From positions 1-39,598 of the forward strand of contig PSLB01000004.1 in NCBI GenBank assembly GCA_040289385.1: DNA of 39,598 bases, in the 5' to 3' direction. Shown piece by piece: positions 1-9,600 of the stretch. The stretch comes from Armatimonadota bacterium. GTDB taxonomy: Bacteria; Armatimonadota; Fimbriimonadia; Fimbriimonadales; GBS-DC. The notes beneath the pieces were generated by a model that saw only the letters and a program-made list of their open reading frames with translations, was not told the DNA's origin and made no database searches. How positions within the stretch are numbered: the stretch's first letter is position 1; every line of letters begins with the position of its first letter. Position numbers and translations under genes: made by a program.

Positions 1-136
1 TGTGTCTTGCAGCTTCGCTGGGCCGGCCGACGCCATCGCTGCGGAGAACATCTGCAGGGCCGCCCCTATGCGGCCGGACGCGGCGGGCCACCCGTCCTAG
101 CTACAAGCCCCTGGCTTTAGCCATGGGGTTCATGAC
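1..136 (+). repeat. Partial, diverged member of the hairpin-ended repeat family; the window begins inside it
   Basis: Carries the conserved terminal module CAAGCCCC-TGGC-TTTA-GCCA-T-GGGGT (104-129, hairpin 108-128), followed by tcaTGAC where the other copies have agtTGAC. The interior is GC-rich with further hairpins (GGCCGC-N6-GCGGCC, CTGC-N11-GCAG). Only the end module aligns to the 237-bp copies. Confidence 0.5.
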
Positions 137-232
137 CAGAATAGCCCTTCACAAGTATACCTTAAAGGAGCGTCCATCTCTCCCTTTCGCCGCTTCTGTG
201 TGGCAGGAATCGGGGCAGGGAACGGGTATATT

Positions 233-248
233 TTGACTCGGCGGTCAA
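233..248. promoter_or_regulatory. Inverted repeat TTGAC-N6-GTCAA, 33 nt upstream of the Fe-S oxidoreductase start; possible regulator site or small hairpin
   Basis: Perfect 5-bp arms read directly (TTGAC tcggcg GTCAA), followed by an A-run. A TATATT box lies at 226-231. Confidence 0.25.
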
Positions 249-280
249 AAAACGCCATTCTATAGACGAGGTGTCCGACG

Positions 281-2335
281 ATGGAATGGAACTGGGATCT
301 GATAACGCGTCACACCTATATCGGTGTTTCTCCGATTCTAAAGCTGTTGTTCTATGGGATTATCTTCGGTTCGTTAGGTGTGGGGGCTTACTGGTACTGG
401 AATCGCCTTCGGATTTGGCGTCAGGGTCAGCCAGATGCAGAGCGATTGCCAATACGAGTGCGCCTCTCGAATATGCTGGGCTACGCTCTGGGACAGAAGA
501 AAGTGCCTCGCCATCGCTTTGGCGCGCTCTTCCATATCCCGCTTTATGCTGGGTTCGTGATACTGTTCATCGGCACCACTTTGCTGGCTATCGCAGAGTG
601 GACGGAAATTGGCACAGGCATCTTTCTGCAGGAGGGCATCTGGTTCCACAAGGGGCTTTACTACATTCTCTATGAGGTAACCTTAGACCTGTTTGGGTTG
701 GGGGTAATCTTTGGCTGTCTGCTGGCACTCTATCGGCGTCATGTGCAGAAGCCCAAGTCGGTCAGTTTGGAGCGTCTCGATGGCGTTGCCGTCTGGCTTC
801 TGCTGATCATCTGTCTGAATGGGTATGCACTGGAAGCTGCGCGCATCGCTTTGGAACGCAATCCGGAGTTTATGAATCCACCACGCCCTGCCTATGCCCA
901 GATCTGGTCGTTTGTAGGCTATTCGCTTTCTCCACTGTTCGACAACATCACCGTGGGCACCTATCGGCTGTGGTGGTGGTTTCATGCACTCTCAATTGCT
1001 GGCTGGTTCACCGTTCTACCCTTCACACGGGTTCGGCACTGGTTTTTGGCGCCGATTGTGGCGTTTTACAAGCCGAACTATCTCCCGAATGTGCCCAGCA
1101 TCGAGAGCCTCGAACGCGTTGAGCAGACTGGAAAGATCGGGGTCAACTCAATCGGTGAGTTCTCGCGCTGGCATTTAATGAGCCTCGATGCCTGCATGGG
1201 ATGCGGGCGGTGTGAGCGCGTCTGTCCAGCAAACGCCACGGGAAAGCCGCTGAACCCGAAGCGTATCGTTGAAAAGCTCCGAGAGGCGATGACGAACGGC
1301 AAAGGCGACGATCTGACTCAGGTCATTAGCGATGAGGAGCTTTTTGCGTGTACCACCTGCGGCGCATGCAATAACGAATGCCCTGTGCTAATTGAGCATC
1401 CGACCCTGATTATGGAGATGCGCCGACACCGCGTCGCAGAGGGCAAACTGCGAGGCACAGCTGCCACCACGCTTCAGCGCACAATGACCCAATCGAACCC
1501 TTGGGGGCTCCCGCTTGCGGAACGCATGAAGTGGGCAGAAGGGCTAAATGTGCCCACCGCGCGCGACAATCCCCAATTCGAGGTGCTGTTCTGGGTCGGT
1601 TGTGCAGGTTCATACGACTCGCGCGGGCAACAAGTGGCGCGTGCGATTGTGAAACTGTTCCAGCGGGCAGGGGTCAACTTCGCAATTTTGGGACCCGAAG
1701 AGCGATGCACAGGGGATACACCCCGTAGGCTCGGCGAAGACCTGATGTTCCAAGAACTGGCTCAGCAGAATGTGCAAACGCTATCAACGTACCAACCCCG
1801 CCGAATCGCGGTGATGTGTCCCCACTGCTTGCATACCCTCAAAAACGAGTATAAAGCTTTCGGAGCACACTACGAAGTGGTACACCATTCGCAGTTTCTG
1901 GTGGAGTTGATTCAGCAAGGGCGTCTCCCGCGCCCTGCCCCCCTCTCCAACGGCTCGGTGGTCTTCCACGATCCATGCTATCTGGCGCGAGTCAACAAAG
2001 TGGTGGACGCGCCACGCACGGTGCTCCAAGAGTCGGGTGTAGAACTCAAGGAGGCAGAACGCCACGGAGACCGAACCTTCTGCTGTGGCGCGGGAGGCGG
2101 GCGCATGTGGATGGATGAACTCCCTCATGAGCGTCCGGGATCGATTCGCGCGGAGGAGCTCCTCGAGACTGGAGCGCGCACGGTCGCCGTAGGCTGTCCG
2201 TTCTGCATGATTATGGTCTCCGATAGCGTCAAGCAGAAGGACGACCGCGTGCCTGTCAGAGATATTGCGGAGATCCTTCTGGAGCGCATCGAGGCAGGTG
2301 AAGTCGTGCCTGCTGACGCTGTAGGAGAGGCTTAG
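281..2335 (+). CDS. Membrane-anchored Fe-S oxidoreductase of the HdrD/DsrK/GlpC type, with an N-terminal polytopic membrane domain
   Basis: 684-aa ORF. The N-terminal ~250 aa contain several hydrophobic helices. Two 4Fe-4S ferredoxin motifs are present (CMGCGRCERVCP, CTTCGACNNECP). Two cysteine-rich CCG-type domains follow (CPHCLHTLK, DPCYLAR, CCGAGGG, GCPFCMIMV). Confidence 0.8.
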   Translation: MEWNWDLITRHTYIGVSPILKLLFYGIIFGSLGVGAYWYWNRLRIWRQGQPDAERLPIRVRLSNMLGYALGQKKVPRHRFGALFHIPLYAGFVILFIGTTLLAIAEWTEIGTGIFLQEGIWFHKGLYYILYEVTLDLFGLGVIFGCLLALYRRHVQKPKSVSLERLDGVAVWLLLIICLNGYALEAARIALERNPEFMNPPRPAYAQIWSFVGYSLSPLFDNITVGTYRLWWWFHALSIAGWFTVLPFTRVRHWFLAPIVAFYKPNYLPNVPSIESLERVEQTGKIGVNSIGEFSRWHLMSLDACMGCGRCERVCPANATGKPLNPKRIVEKLREAMTNGKGDDLTQVISDEELFACTTCGACNNECPVLIEHPTLIMEMRRHRVAEGKLRGTAATTLQRTMTQSNPWGLPLAERMKWAEGLNVPTARDNPQFEVLFWVGCAGSYDSRGQQVARAIVKLFQRAGVNFAILGPEERCTGDTPRRLGEDLMFQELAQQNVQTLSTYQPRRIAVMCPHCLHTLKNEYKAFGAHYEVVHHSQFLVELIQQGRLPRPAPLSNGSVVFHDPCYLARVNKVVDAPRTVLQESGVELKEAERHGDRTFCCGAGGGRMWMDELPHERPGSIRAEELLETGARTVAVGCPFCMIMVSDSVKQKDDRVPVRDIAEILLERIEAGEVVPADAVGEA

Positions 2336-3507
2336 GTTCCCAGCTCTGCCATCTCTGGGTGCTTGCCGAAGAACCGCTTGAGGGCAGGCCAAACATCCTC
2401 TTTGGAGGTGATTTTGACCACTACTACGCGCGGGTCGTCGCCGAAGGCTTCGGTGAGCGACTGCCCCAAAGGCGCCAGTCCACCTGAACTGCCCCAGAGG
2501 TCGTTGGCGATTTCACCATAGCCGATGAGGTTCGCGTAATCTACCAACTTCCGCATATATTCGATCACCTCATGATCACCCCAGTTATAGCCGTCGGAGA
2601 ACATGAAGGGGTAGATGTTCCATTCGCGTGGGTTGTAGCGCTTTTCGATAATCTCCAACGCTAATTTGTAGGCAGACGAGAGCCGCGTACCCCCCGAATC
2701 GCCTGCTGCAAAGAAGGCGGTTTCGTCCACCTCTTTGGCTTCGGTGTGGCAGGTGATAAAGACGATTTCAGTGGCGGTGTATTTGGTGCGTAGGAAGCGC
2801 ACCATCCAGTAGTAGAAGCTGCGGGCAATGTACGCCTCGAACTCGCCCATACTGCCCGACACATCGCGCATGGCGATGACCACCGCGTTGTGCTGTTTTT
2901 CGGGCACAATCTCCCAGCTTTTGAAGCGTTTATCCTCCTCCCGAATCTCCCAGCCAGGATGTCCTTCAGCAGCGTTGCGTTTCCATGCCGCGATGAGGGT
3001 GCGCTTTTTGTCCAGATTCGATTGGGCACCGCGTCGCGAGATGGTGTCGAACCGCACCTGATCGGCGAGAATGTCTTTTGTGCATTTCTCACGCAGGTTT
3101 GGCAGATGCAGGTCTTCAAACACCATCTGAACCAGCTCTTCGATGGTGAATTCTGCCTCGTAGAAGTCGGCACCGGGCTCTGTGCCCGCCTGTTTGCCTG
3201 CACCCTGCCCTTGTTGCCCCGATCGCCCAATCACATCGCCCGGTTGACTATTGCCCTGCCCATGTCCGACCCCCTTTTTGCCGTGGGGATCATAGCGGAT
3301 GTGGGGCAGTTCCAGCCCGCGAATGGGGATCTTGATAATCTTCCCATCCTCGGCAGTGATAATGTCCTGCTGGCTGATAATCTCGCCCAGATTTTCCTTA
3401 ATGACCTCCTTGACCTTCTCGTTGTGACGCAGACGATCCTTCTCAGCACGCCGATGTAAATCCCACGAGTCGGCCGAGAGCCAGTATCCATGTACGCGTT
3501 CGCTCAC
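2332..3507 (-). CDS. yeaH: YeaH/YhbH family protein (DUF444, vWA-like), the usual partner of PrkA
   Basis: 391-aa ORF with a GTG start. The N-terminus DSWDLHRRAEKDRLRHNEKVKEVIKENL...IPIRGLELPHIRYD and the C-terminal vWA-like region (AMRDVSGSMG) are typical of this family. A GGGGGA RBS sits upstream. Confidence 0.85.
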   Translation of the reverse strand: MSERVHGYWLSADSWDLHRRAEKDRLRHNEKVKEVIKENLGEIISQQDIITAEDGKIIKIPIRGLELPHIRYDPHGKKGVGHGQGNSQPGDVIGRSGQQGQGAGKQAGTEPGADFYEAEFTIEELVQMVFEDLHLPNLREKCTKDILADQVRFDTISRRGAQSNLDKKRTLIAAWKRNAAEGHPGWEIREEDKRFKSWEIVPEKQHNAVVIAMRDVSGSMGEFEAYIARSFYYWMVRFLRTKYTATEIVFITCHTEAKEVDETAFFAAGDSGGTRLSSAYKLALEIIEKRYNPREWNIYPFMFSDGYNWGDHEVIEYMRKLVDYANLIGYGEIANDLWGSSGGLAPLGQSLTEAFGDDPRVVVVKITSKEDVWPALKRFFGKHPEMAELGT

Positions 3508-3523
3508 GGTTATCCCCCACTAT

Positions 3524-3532
3524 AATATACCA
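3524..3532 (-). promoter_or_regulatory. Candidate extended -10 (TGgTATATT) for yeaH
   Basis: The reverse complement of 3524-3532 reads TGGTATATT, about 17 nt upstream of the GTG start. No good -35 box is present. Confidence 0.3.
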
Positions 3533-3579
3533 CAGAGTCGATTATCGGGTTTCACGGGAAGCTCTTTGAGGGGGGCAAG

Positions 3580-3609
3580 CCTGCCCTGCCGATAGATTGG
3601 CAGGGCAGG
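3580..3609 (-). terminator. GC-rich hairpin immediately after the RND pump stop codon
   Basis: CCTGCCCTGCC-N8-GGCAGGGCAGG, a perfect 11-bp stem. No U-tract follows on the transcribed strand, so terminator function is not certain. Confidence 0.4.
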
Positions 3610-3613
3610 TAGA

Positions 3614-6600
3614 TCAGATCTTCGTTTCAGTCTCTTGCTCAGCTAGAACCACCACTGCGCGTCGGCGCCACAGCAGACGCCCCAGCCACTGGGTGAGGTC
3701 ATCCATAACCGTATACATGCATGGAATCACCAACAGGGTGAGGAATGTGCTGACACTCACCCCGCCGATGAGAACAATCCCTAACGGCGAACGGAACTCA
3801 CTCCCACGCCCCACGCCCAGCGCAATCGGAATCATTGCCAGAATCAGCGTGAGCGAGGTCATCAGGATCGGGCGTAACCGGATAGGTCCTGCCTCTAAGA
3901 GTGCTTCGTTGCGTGCTAACCCGCGTTCGCGCAAGGTGTTGGTGTAGTCTACCAGCAGGATTGCGTTTTTGCCCACTAGCCCCACAAGCGCGATAATCCC
4001 GATCATGGAGATGATGTTGAGCTCCGAGCGAGCGAGCACCAGCCCTAAGAGCGCCCCAACCAACGCTTGAGGCTGGCTGAACATGATAATGAAGGGGTAG
4101 AGCCAGTTCTCAAAGAGCACCACCATGAGCAGGTAGACCAGAATAAGCCCCAGCAAGAGCGCTTGAACCATGTAGACGCCCTCGCGCGCTATCACTTCGT
4201 TCTCGCCAAACCATTTAGCAGAGACCCCTGGCGGGATGGCGTTCGCCTCGCGTAGCGCTTGGTCTATTTGCACACGCAGGTTGCCTGGCGTATATCCGGG
4301 CATCAGATTGGCGGTGACGGTGACCCGTCGCTGTCGGTCTACGCGTTCTACCTTCGACGGACCTTCACCCAACTGAATGCGTGCCACATCGCGTAGGAAA
4401 ACAGGGGCGCCTTGAACATAGGTCACCACGAGGTTCTCCAGATCTGCGGTGCGTCGACGCTGTGCCTCGCTTAGGCGGACGCGAATGTCGTACTCCTGTC
4501 CCCCTTCCCGATACTTAACGCTGGTATCGCCTTCGTAAGCGGTGCGCAAGGCGAGCGCAATTTCGGCAATACTGACCCCTAACTGGGTGGCACGTGCGCG
4601 ATCGACAACCACTTGGAGCTCGGGACTACCTGCCGTCCAAGAAAGGTTGGGGTCTTTGATACCAGGCATCCGGCTGATAATCTGGCGGGCGCGTTCGGCA
4701 GTTTCCAGAAGGGTCTGGGTGTCCTTGCCAACCAGTGCAAGCTGGATCGGGGCGCCGAACCCGCCACCGCGAAAGCCCGAAACTGGATTGACAGCAATCT
4801 GCGCTCCGGGAATATCGCCGATCCGCTGGCGGAGTTCGCCTGCGACCTCCACATCGCTTCGGGTGCGCAAGGTTTCCTCATGCTTAACCCAAAAGCACAG
4901 ACTATCTAAGAGCGCTTTCTTTTCGTGTAGGCTGACCTGAAGATTGGCGTAGCGTACCCCGACATCGCCGCCACCGACAAAGCCTCCAGAAACACGCCCC
5001 ACAATCGTGGAGACATACTTAACCTCAGGAATCTGGAGCGCCATCGACTCGATGTGTTGAACCACCTTGCTGGTCTGCTCAAGAGAAGTGCCCGGAGGCA
5101 TCTTGACAGTGATATTGATTAATCCCTGATCTTGTGAAGGGGCAAAGCGGAAGGACAGCAGGGGGCTCCCGCGCGCTGCCGAGAACCCTATCACAAATAG
5201 AACCGCTACCAAAGCGCCATTCCCTATCAGGATTACAGCCCAGCGGTGGTGTAACGCCCAGCGGAGCGCGCCACGATAGACACGCTCCAAGCCCTTATAG
5301 AGGCGATCTAGCCAACGGAAGAAGCCCTTCGGTTCCTCCAGAGCCTCACCACGCCGATAGAGCCGACTCGCCAGCATCGGTGTCAGCGTGAACGAGACAA
5401 TTAGCGAGAGCAGAACCGCAACCGCAACCGTTAACCCGAATGAGCGGAAGAACTGCCCCACTACCCCGCCCATAAAGGCTATCGGCACAAACACTACCAC
5501 ATCAACAAAGGTAATGGTAATCGCGGCCAATCCTATCTCGGTGCGTCCGTTGTACGCCGCCTCCATCGGGTCTTCGCCCATCGAAAGGTGGCGGTAGATA
5601 TTCTCAATCACCACGATCGCGTCATCTACCAGCACCCCGACCGCCAGCGAAAGCCCCAGCATCGTCATGAAGTTAATGCTGAAGCCCGCGAAATACATAA
5701 AGATAAAAGTGGCAAAGAAGCAGGTTGGGATCGCCATCGCCACAATAAACGACCCGCGAATATTATACAAAAACAGGTAGATGATCAGCACCACCAATAC
5801 GATAGCGATGCCCAACGCTAACCGCAGGTCCGCCAAGCTCTCTCGAACCGCTTGGGCTTCCTCTTGAGTGATGGTGAACTGGATATCGGGATACTCTTGC
5901 TTCAGTTGTGCCAAAACTCGCTTGATGCCCTCTGCAATCTCAATCGCGTTGCCGTCGCTCGTCTTTTGGACGACGATGGAGACATCCTCTTTACCGTTCG
6001 TTCGGGTAATGATGGTACGCTCCTCGACGCTGTCTCGGATATCCGCCACATCCTGGAGGCGGATGGTGCTGCCGCGAGCCATCGGGTTGCGTGGGTTTTG
6101 CAGGTAAAGGCGCAGTTGGCGCAGATCATCGATCGACTTGAACTCACCCAGCAAGCGCACGCTATATTCGCGCGCACCTTCCGTAACCCGCCCTGCAGGC
6201 ACATTCAAGTTGGCGCGTTGCAGAGCACCAACGACCGCGTTGATAGAAAGCCCATAGGCGTTGAGACGGTTCTTGTCGATAGCAACCTGAATTTCGCGTT
6301 TTTGCCCACCGCTCACCGTCACGGCAGCAACCCCCGGCACACTGGAGAGGCGATCTTTAATGAGATTATCCGCCAGATCGCGCAGTTCGTAAGCCGGGCG
6401 CGCACCCGCCAGGGAGATAAACATCGTCGGCTGCGACTGGGTATCCAGCTTACTTACCACAGGTCGCTCCGCATCTTGAGGAAGCTGAGCGATAGCGGTG
6501 TTAATTTTCGCCTGCACATCGATATAGGCTTGCCCAATATCGGTGCCGATATAAAACTCCAGCACGACCTGTGAGACTCCGTACTGCGAAGTAGAGGTGA

Positions 6601-6838
6601 TTTGGCGGAGCCCCTCCACGCCTGCGACCGCATCCTCAATCGGTTTCGTTACAAGCGTCTCTACCTCATCAGGTGAGGCGCCCGGATAAACCGTGATGAT
6701 AGTGATAACAGGAAAGTCCACTTTCGGCTGAAGTTCAACCTGCATCCTACTGAGCGAATAGAACCCCAGCACAATCACCGCCATGACGAAGGCCATAATC
6801 GTGATGGGGCGGTTAAGCGCCAATCGTGTTGCCCACAT
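3614..6838 (-). CDS. RND efflux transporter permease (AcrB/HAE1-like)
   Basis: 1074-aa ORF with the 12-TM plus two large periplasmic loop organisation. The N-terminus RPITIMAFVMAVIVLG and motifs such as VLVDDAIVVIENI are typical. It is the last gene of the TetR-TolC-MFP-RND operon. Confidence 0.95.
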   Translation of the reverse strand: MWATRLALNRPITIMAFVMAVIVLGFYSLSRMQVELQPKVDFPVITIITVYPGASPDEVETLVTKPIEDAVAGVEGLRQITSTSQYGVSQVVLEFYIGTDIGQAYIDVQAKINTAIAQLPQDAERPVVSKLDTQSQPTMFISLAGARPAYELRDLADNLIKDRLSSVPGVAAVTVSGGQKREIQVAIDKNRLNAYGLSINAVVGALQRANLNVPAGRVTEGAREYSVRLLGEFKSIDDLRQLRLYLQNPRNPMARGSTIRLQDVADIRDSVEERTIITRTNGKEDVSIVVQKTSDGNAIEIAEGIKRVLAQLKQEYPDIQFTITQEEAQAVRESLADLRLALGIAIVLVVLIIYLFLYNIRGSFIVAMAIPTCFFATFIFMYFAGFSINFMTMLGLSLAVGVLVDDAIVVIENIYRHLSMGEDPMEAAYNGRTEIGLAAITITFVDVVVFVPIAFMGGVVGQFFRSFGLTVAVAVLLSLIVSFTLTPMLASRLYRRGEALEEPKGFFRWLDRLYKGLERVYRGALRWALHHRWAVILIGNGALVAVLFVIGFSAARGSPLLSFRFAPSQDQGLINITVKMPPGTSLEQTSKVVQHIESMALQIPEVKYVSTIVGRVSGGFVGGGDVGVRYANLQVSLHEKKALLDSLCFWVKHEETLRTRSDVEVAGELRQRIGDIPGAQIAVNPVSGFRGGGFGAPIQLALVGKDTQTLLETAERARQIISRMPGIKDPNLSWTAGSPELQVVVDRARATQLGVSIAEIALALRTAYEGDTSVKYREGGQEYDIRVRLSEAQRRRTADLENLVVTYVQGAPVFLRDVARIQLGEGPSKVERVDRQRRVTVTANLMPGYTPGNLRVQIDQALREANAIPPGVSAKWFGENEVIAREGVYMVQALLLGLILVYLLMVVLFENWLYPFIIMFSQPQALVGALLGLVLARSELNIISMIGIIALVGLVGKNAILLVDYTNTLRERGLARNEALLEAGPIRLRPILMTSLTLILAMIPIALGVGRGSEFRSPLGIVLIGGVSVSTFLTLLVIPCMYTVMDDLTQWLGRLLWRRRAVVVLAEQETETKI

Positions 6839-6850
6839 CGTGTTGCCTCC

Positions 6851-8296
6851 TTAGTTTTCGGAACGGTTGTTGAGAATGCGTACGGGTTGCCCATCACTCA
6901 GCAGGTCTTGCCCGCGTATGACCACCGTTTCCCCTGCCTTGATCCCTTCTGCATAGACGGTCTCGGTATTCGTGGCGCGTACTTTCAGCAGGCGCGCTTT
7001 GGCTTTCCCGTTTTCCACCACATAGACACGGGTTGTGCCTCCCTTCTCGATGAGAGCGATTTTAGGCGTGAGAGGGACATTGTTGTAGGTGCGGAGCGCG
7101 ACTTCCCCACGAGCGAACAGCCCCGTCTTGAGCGGGAGATCGGCGGGGTTGCTGAGACTGATGCGCAGGCGCAGGTTGCGTGCAGGGTCTGCAGTGGTAG
7201 GATAGATCGCCTCCACAATGCCCTCGAAGGTGCGATTGGGAAAGGCATCCACCGACACGCGAACGGGCATGCCGACCCGCACCGAGTCCAGCAGAGTTTC
7301 GGGGAGGGTCGCTTCGAAGTAGAGCCGATCCAGCTTAATCAGTCGCACAACGGGCGTGCCTGGTCCTGCTATCGAGCCGATATCGAGGAATCGGTCGGCG
7401 ACGGTTCCATCAAAGGGGGCACGGATAAGGGTGTCTTCCAGTTGCTGTTTGAGCAGCGCGTATTGGGCTTTGGCTTGGGCGAGTGCGGCGCGCGCGGCGG
7501 CGACCCGTTGCCGTGCCATTTCGATGTGGGCGCGTCCGAGCAGAGCCTGTCGATAAGCCTCTTCAGCTTGCTTGACTGCCTGTTCTGCCGATTCGATCTC
7601 TTCTCTACGCGGTCCCTCTTGGACGAGGCTAAGAGTCTCTTCTGCTTGACGGAGTTGGGCTTGTGCCGATTCATAGGCGGCTTTGGCGCTATCGAGTTGT
7701 TGTTTGGGGATGGCGCCTTGCTCGTAGAGGCGTTGGGCGCGTTCGTAGTTGGCGCGCGCCAGCTCGAAGTTGGCGCGTGCGGCGCGCACGGCTTGTTCGG
7801 CCTGTTGGCGTTCTTGGGGGCGTGCCCCCACCTGCAGGGCACGCAAGCGCGCTTGGGCAGAGAGTAGCCCGGCGCGTGCGGTCTGAATCTGAGCCGCTAC
7901 CTGATCAGGTTGGATGCGGGCAGTGGTCTCCTCCTGCTGGAGATTGGCTTCTGCGGTGCGGATGCCAGCCTCCGCTTGACGCAGTTGAATGCGCAAATCT
8001 GATGGATCTTGCACTGCAATCACTTGACCCTTAGCCACCCGATCGCCCGTCTGCACGCGCATCTCTATAATCTTGCCCCCAACTTTGGTGGCGACGATTG
8101 TATCGTTGTAGGCAGTGAGTTCGCCTGTGACGGAGACGGTCTCGGTCAGGGTGCCCGGTCGGACGGTTGCGGTCTCGACGGAGACTTCGGTGCCTGGCTC
8201 TGCTTGAGCTTGGGGCGCCGTGCGTCGCCCACAAGCGGACAGGCTGAGTGCAAGCGTTACGAGAATAAGGCTTATAGGGAATGTTTTGAGGTTCAT
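6851..8296 (-). CDS. Efflux RND periplasmic adaptor (membrane fusion protein, HlyD-like) with an unusually long Ala/Gln/Arg-rich coiled coil
   Basis: 481-aa ORF with a lipoprotein-like signal (LSLSAC). It has a barrel-sandwich motif, a long coiled-coil hairpin and a C-terminal beta domain. Its start overlaps the tolC-like stop. Confidence 0.9.
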   Translation of the reverse strand: MNLKTFPISLILVTLALSLSACGRRTAPQAQAEPGTEVSVETATVRPGTLTETVSVTGELTAYNDTIVATKVGGKIIEMRVQTGDRVAKGQVIAVQDPSDLRIQLRQAEAGIRTAEANLQQEETTARIQPDQVAAQIQTARAGLLSAQARLRALQVGARPQERQQAEQAVRAARANFELARANYERAQRLYEQGAIPKQQLDSAKAAYESAQAQLRQAEETLSLVQEGPRREEIESAEQAVKQAEEAYRQALLGRAHIEMARQRVAAARAALAQAKAQYALLKQQLEDTLIRAPFDGTVADRFLDIGSIAGPGTPVVRLIKLDRLYFEATLPETLLDSVRVGMPVRVSVDAFPNRTFEGIVEAIYPTTADPARNLRLRISLSNPADLPLKTGLFARGEVALRTYNNVPLTPKIALIEKGGTTRVYVVENGKAKARLLKVRATNTETVYAEGIKAGETVVIRGQDLLSDGQPVRILNNRSEN

Positions 8297-9600
8297 TGAG
8301 AGTTCCCTCCTATCGTGCCGATGGCTTTGATGAGGCTGGCATAGGCGTCGAGGTAGTCATATTGGGCGTTGATAAGGTTCGTTTGTGCCTGTGTAAACGC
8401 CAGCTCGGCATCGCTGATTTCCAGCTGAGGCGACACGCCTGCTTCGAATCGCACCCGCGCCAATCGAAGCGCCTCTGTGGCGACCTCCAGTCCCTGTCGG
8501 GCGACTTCGAGCCGCTTTTTTGCATCGATCAGGCTGAGGTAGGCGTTGCGCACCTCTAAAACGACCCCTTCGCGAACCTGCTGGAGCTGCAGTTGAGCGA
8601 TTTCGAGGTCATCGCGTGCTTGGGCGACACGCGCTTGCGTGATCCCGCCGTCCCATATAGGAACGGAGAGGACTAAGATTCCGGTGTACGACTCGCGTCG
8701 GGGGTTAAAGGGCGTGGTATTGAGGTTGAAGTCTGCCTGTCCTGTAAGGGCGAGGGTCGGTCGTTCGCCGCGTCGTGCGTTGCGGATGTTCGCTTGCGCC
8801 AGTTCTACACTGCGCTGCACCGCTAGCACTTCGGGACGCTGTGCCAACGCTTGCTGGATAAGGCTCTCGAGATCGCTATGGAATTCGGGCAAGCGCTCGG
8901 GCTTGACGACGGTGAAGGGGGTATCAAGCGGACGCCCCAACAGATTGTTGAGAGCCGAGCGTGCCAAATCCAGTTGGTTGCGGGCACTCAACATGGCTTG
9001 CTCGTTCTGTGCGACTTGGGTTTGCGCCCGCAACACGTCGAACCGAGCAGCGACCCCCGAATCGACCTGTGCCCGAACGACTTTGAGTCGTTCCTGAGCG
9101 TTTTTCAGAGCCTCCTCTGCAACGCGCACGAACTCCTCGGCGCGTGCCACCGCTTGATAGGCGGTTGTCACCTGCAAGATAACCTCGTTGCGCGTGCGTT
9201 GGTAGTCTAACTCCGCAATCTGATAGCTCAGCGTGGCCACCTGCACGGCAGTTCGGATAATCCCGCTAATGTCGATGGGCTGGGTCAGCACGATGCGCGC
9301 CGTGCGGTTTTCGAGGTTTCCCAGTCGGATTGGTTGCGGTCCGAAACGGGCGGTGGCGACGCGGTCGAATCGCGTGTAGGTGGCGTTCGCTTGGATTTGG
9401 AATCGGTTTGCGTTGCGCGTTTCGCTTACTAGGTCGCGCGCCTTCTTGACGCTGCGCTCGCTAATGCGTACCTGACGATTGTTTTCCAGTGCGATTCGGA
9501 TTGCCTCCTCTAAGCGAAGCGGCGCGCCCTGTGGAAAGGCAAGCGACGCAAGACCAAAGGCGGCAGTCACCAGCATGCTCCCGGTACTTGAACGCTTCAT
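8293..9600 (-). CDS. TolC-family outer membrane efflux protein
   Basis: 435-aa ORF with a signal peptide and two repeated alpha/beta halves (LEEAIRIALENN...; LEVARQGLEVATEALRLARVRFEAG). It overlaps both neighbours by 4 nt. Confidence 0.9.
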   Translation of the reverse strand: MKRSSTGSMLVTAAFGLASLAFPQGAPLRLEEAIRIALENNRQVRISERSVKKARDLVSETRNANRFQIQANATYTRFDRVATARFGPQPIRLGNLENRTARIVLTQPIDISGIIRTAVQVATLSYQIAELDYQRTRNEVILQVTTAYQAVARAEEFVRVAEEALKNAQERLKVVRAQVDSGVAARFDVLRAQTQVAQNEQAMLSARNQLDLARSALNNLLGRPLDTPFTVVKPERLPEFHSDLESLIQQALAQRPEVLAVQRSVELAQANIRNARRGERPTLALTGQADFNLNTTPFNPRRESYTGILVLSVPIWDGGITQARVAQARDDLEIAQLQLQQVREGVVLEVRNAYLSLIDAKKRLEVARQGLEVATEALRLARVRFEAGVSPQLEISDAELAFTQAQTNLINAQYDYLDAYASLIKAIGTIGGNSQ

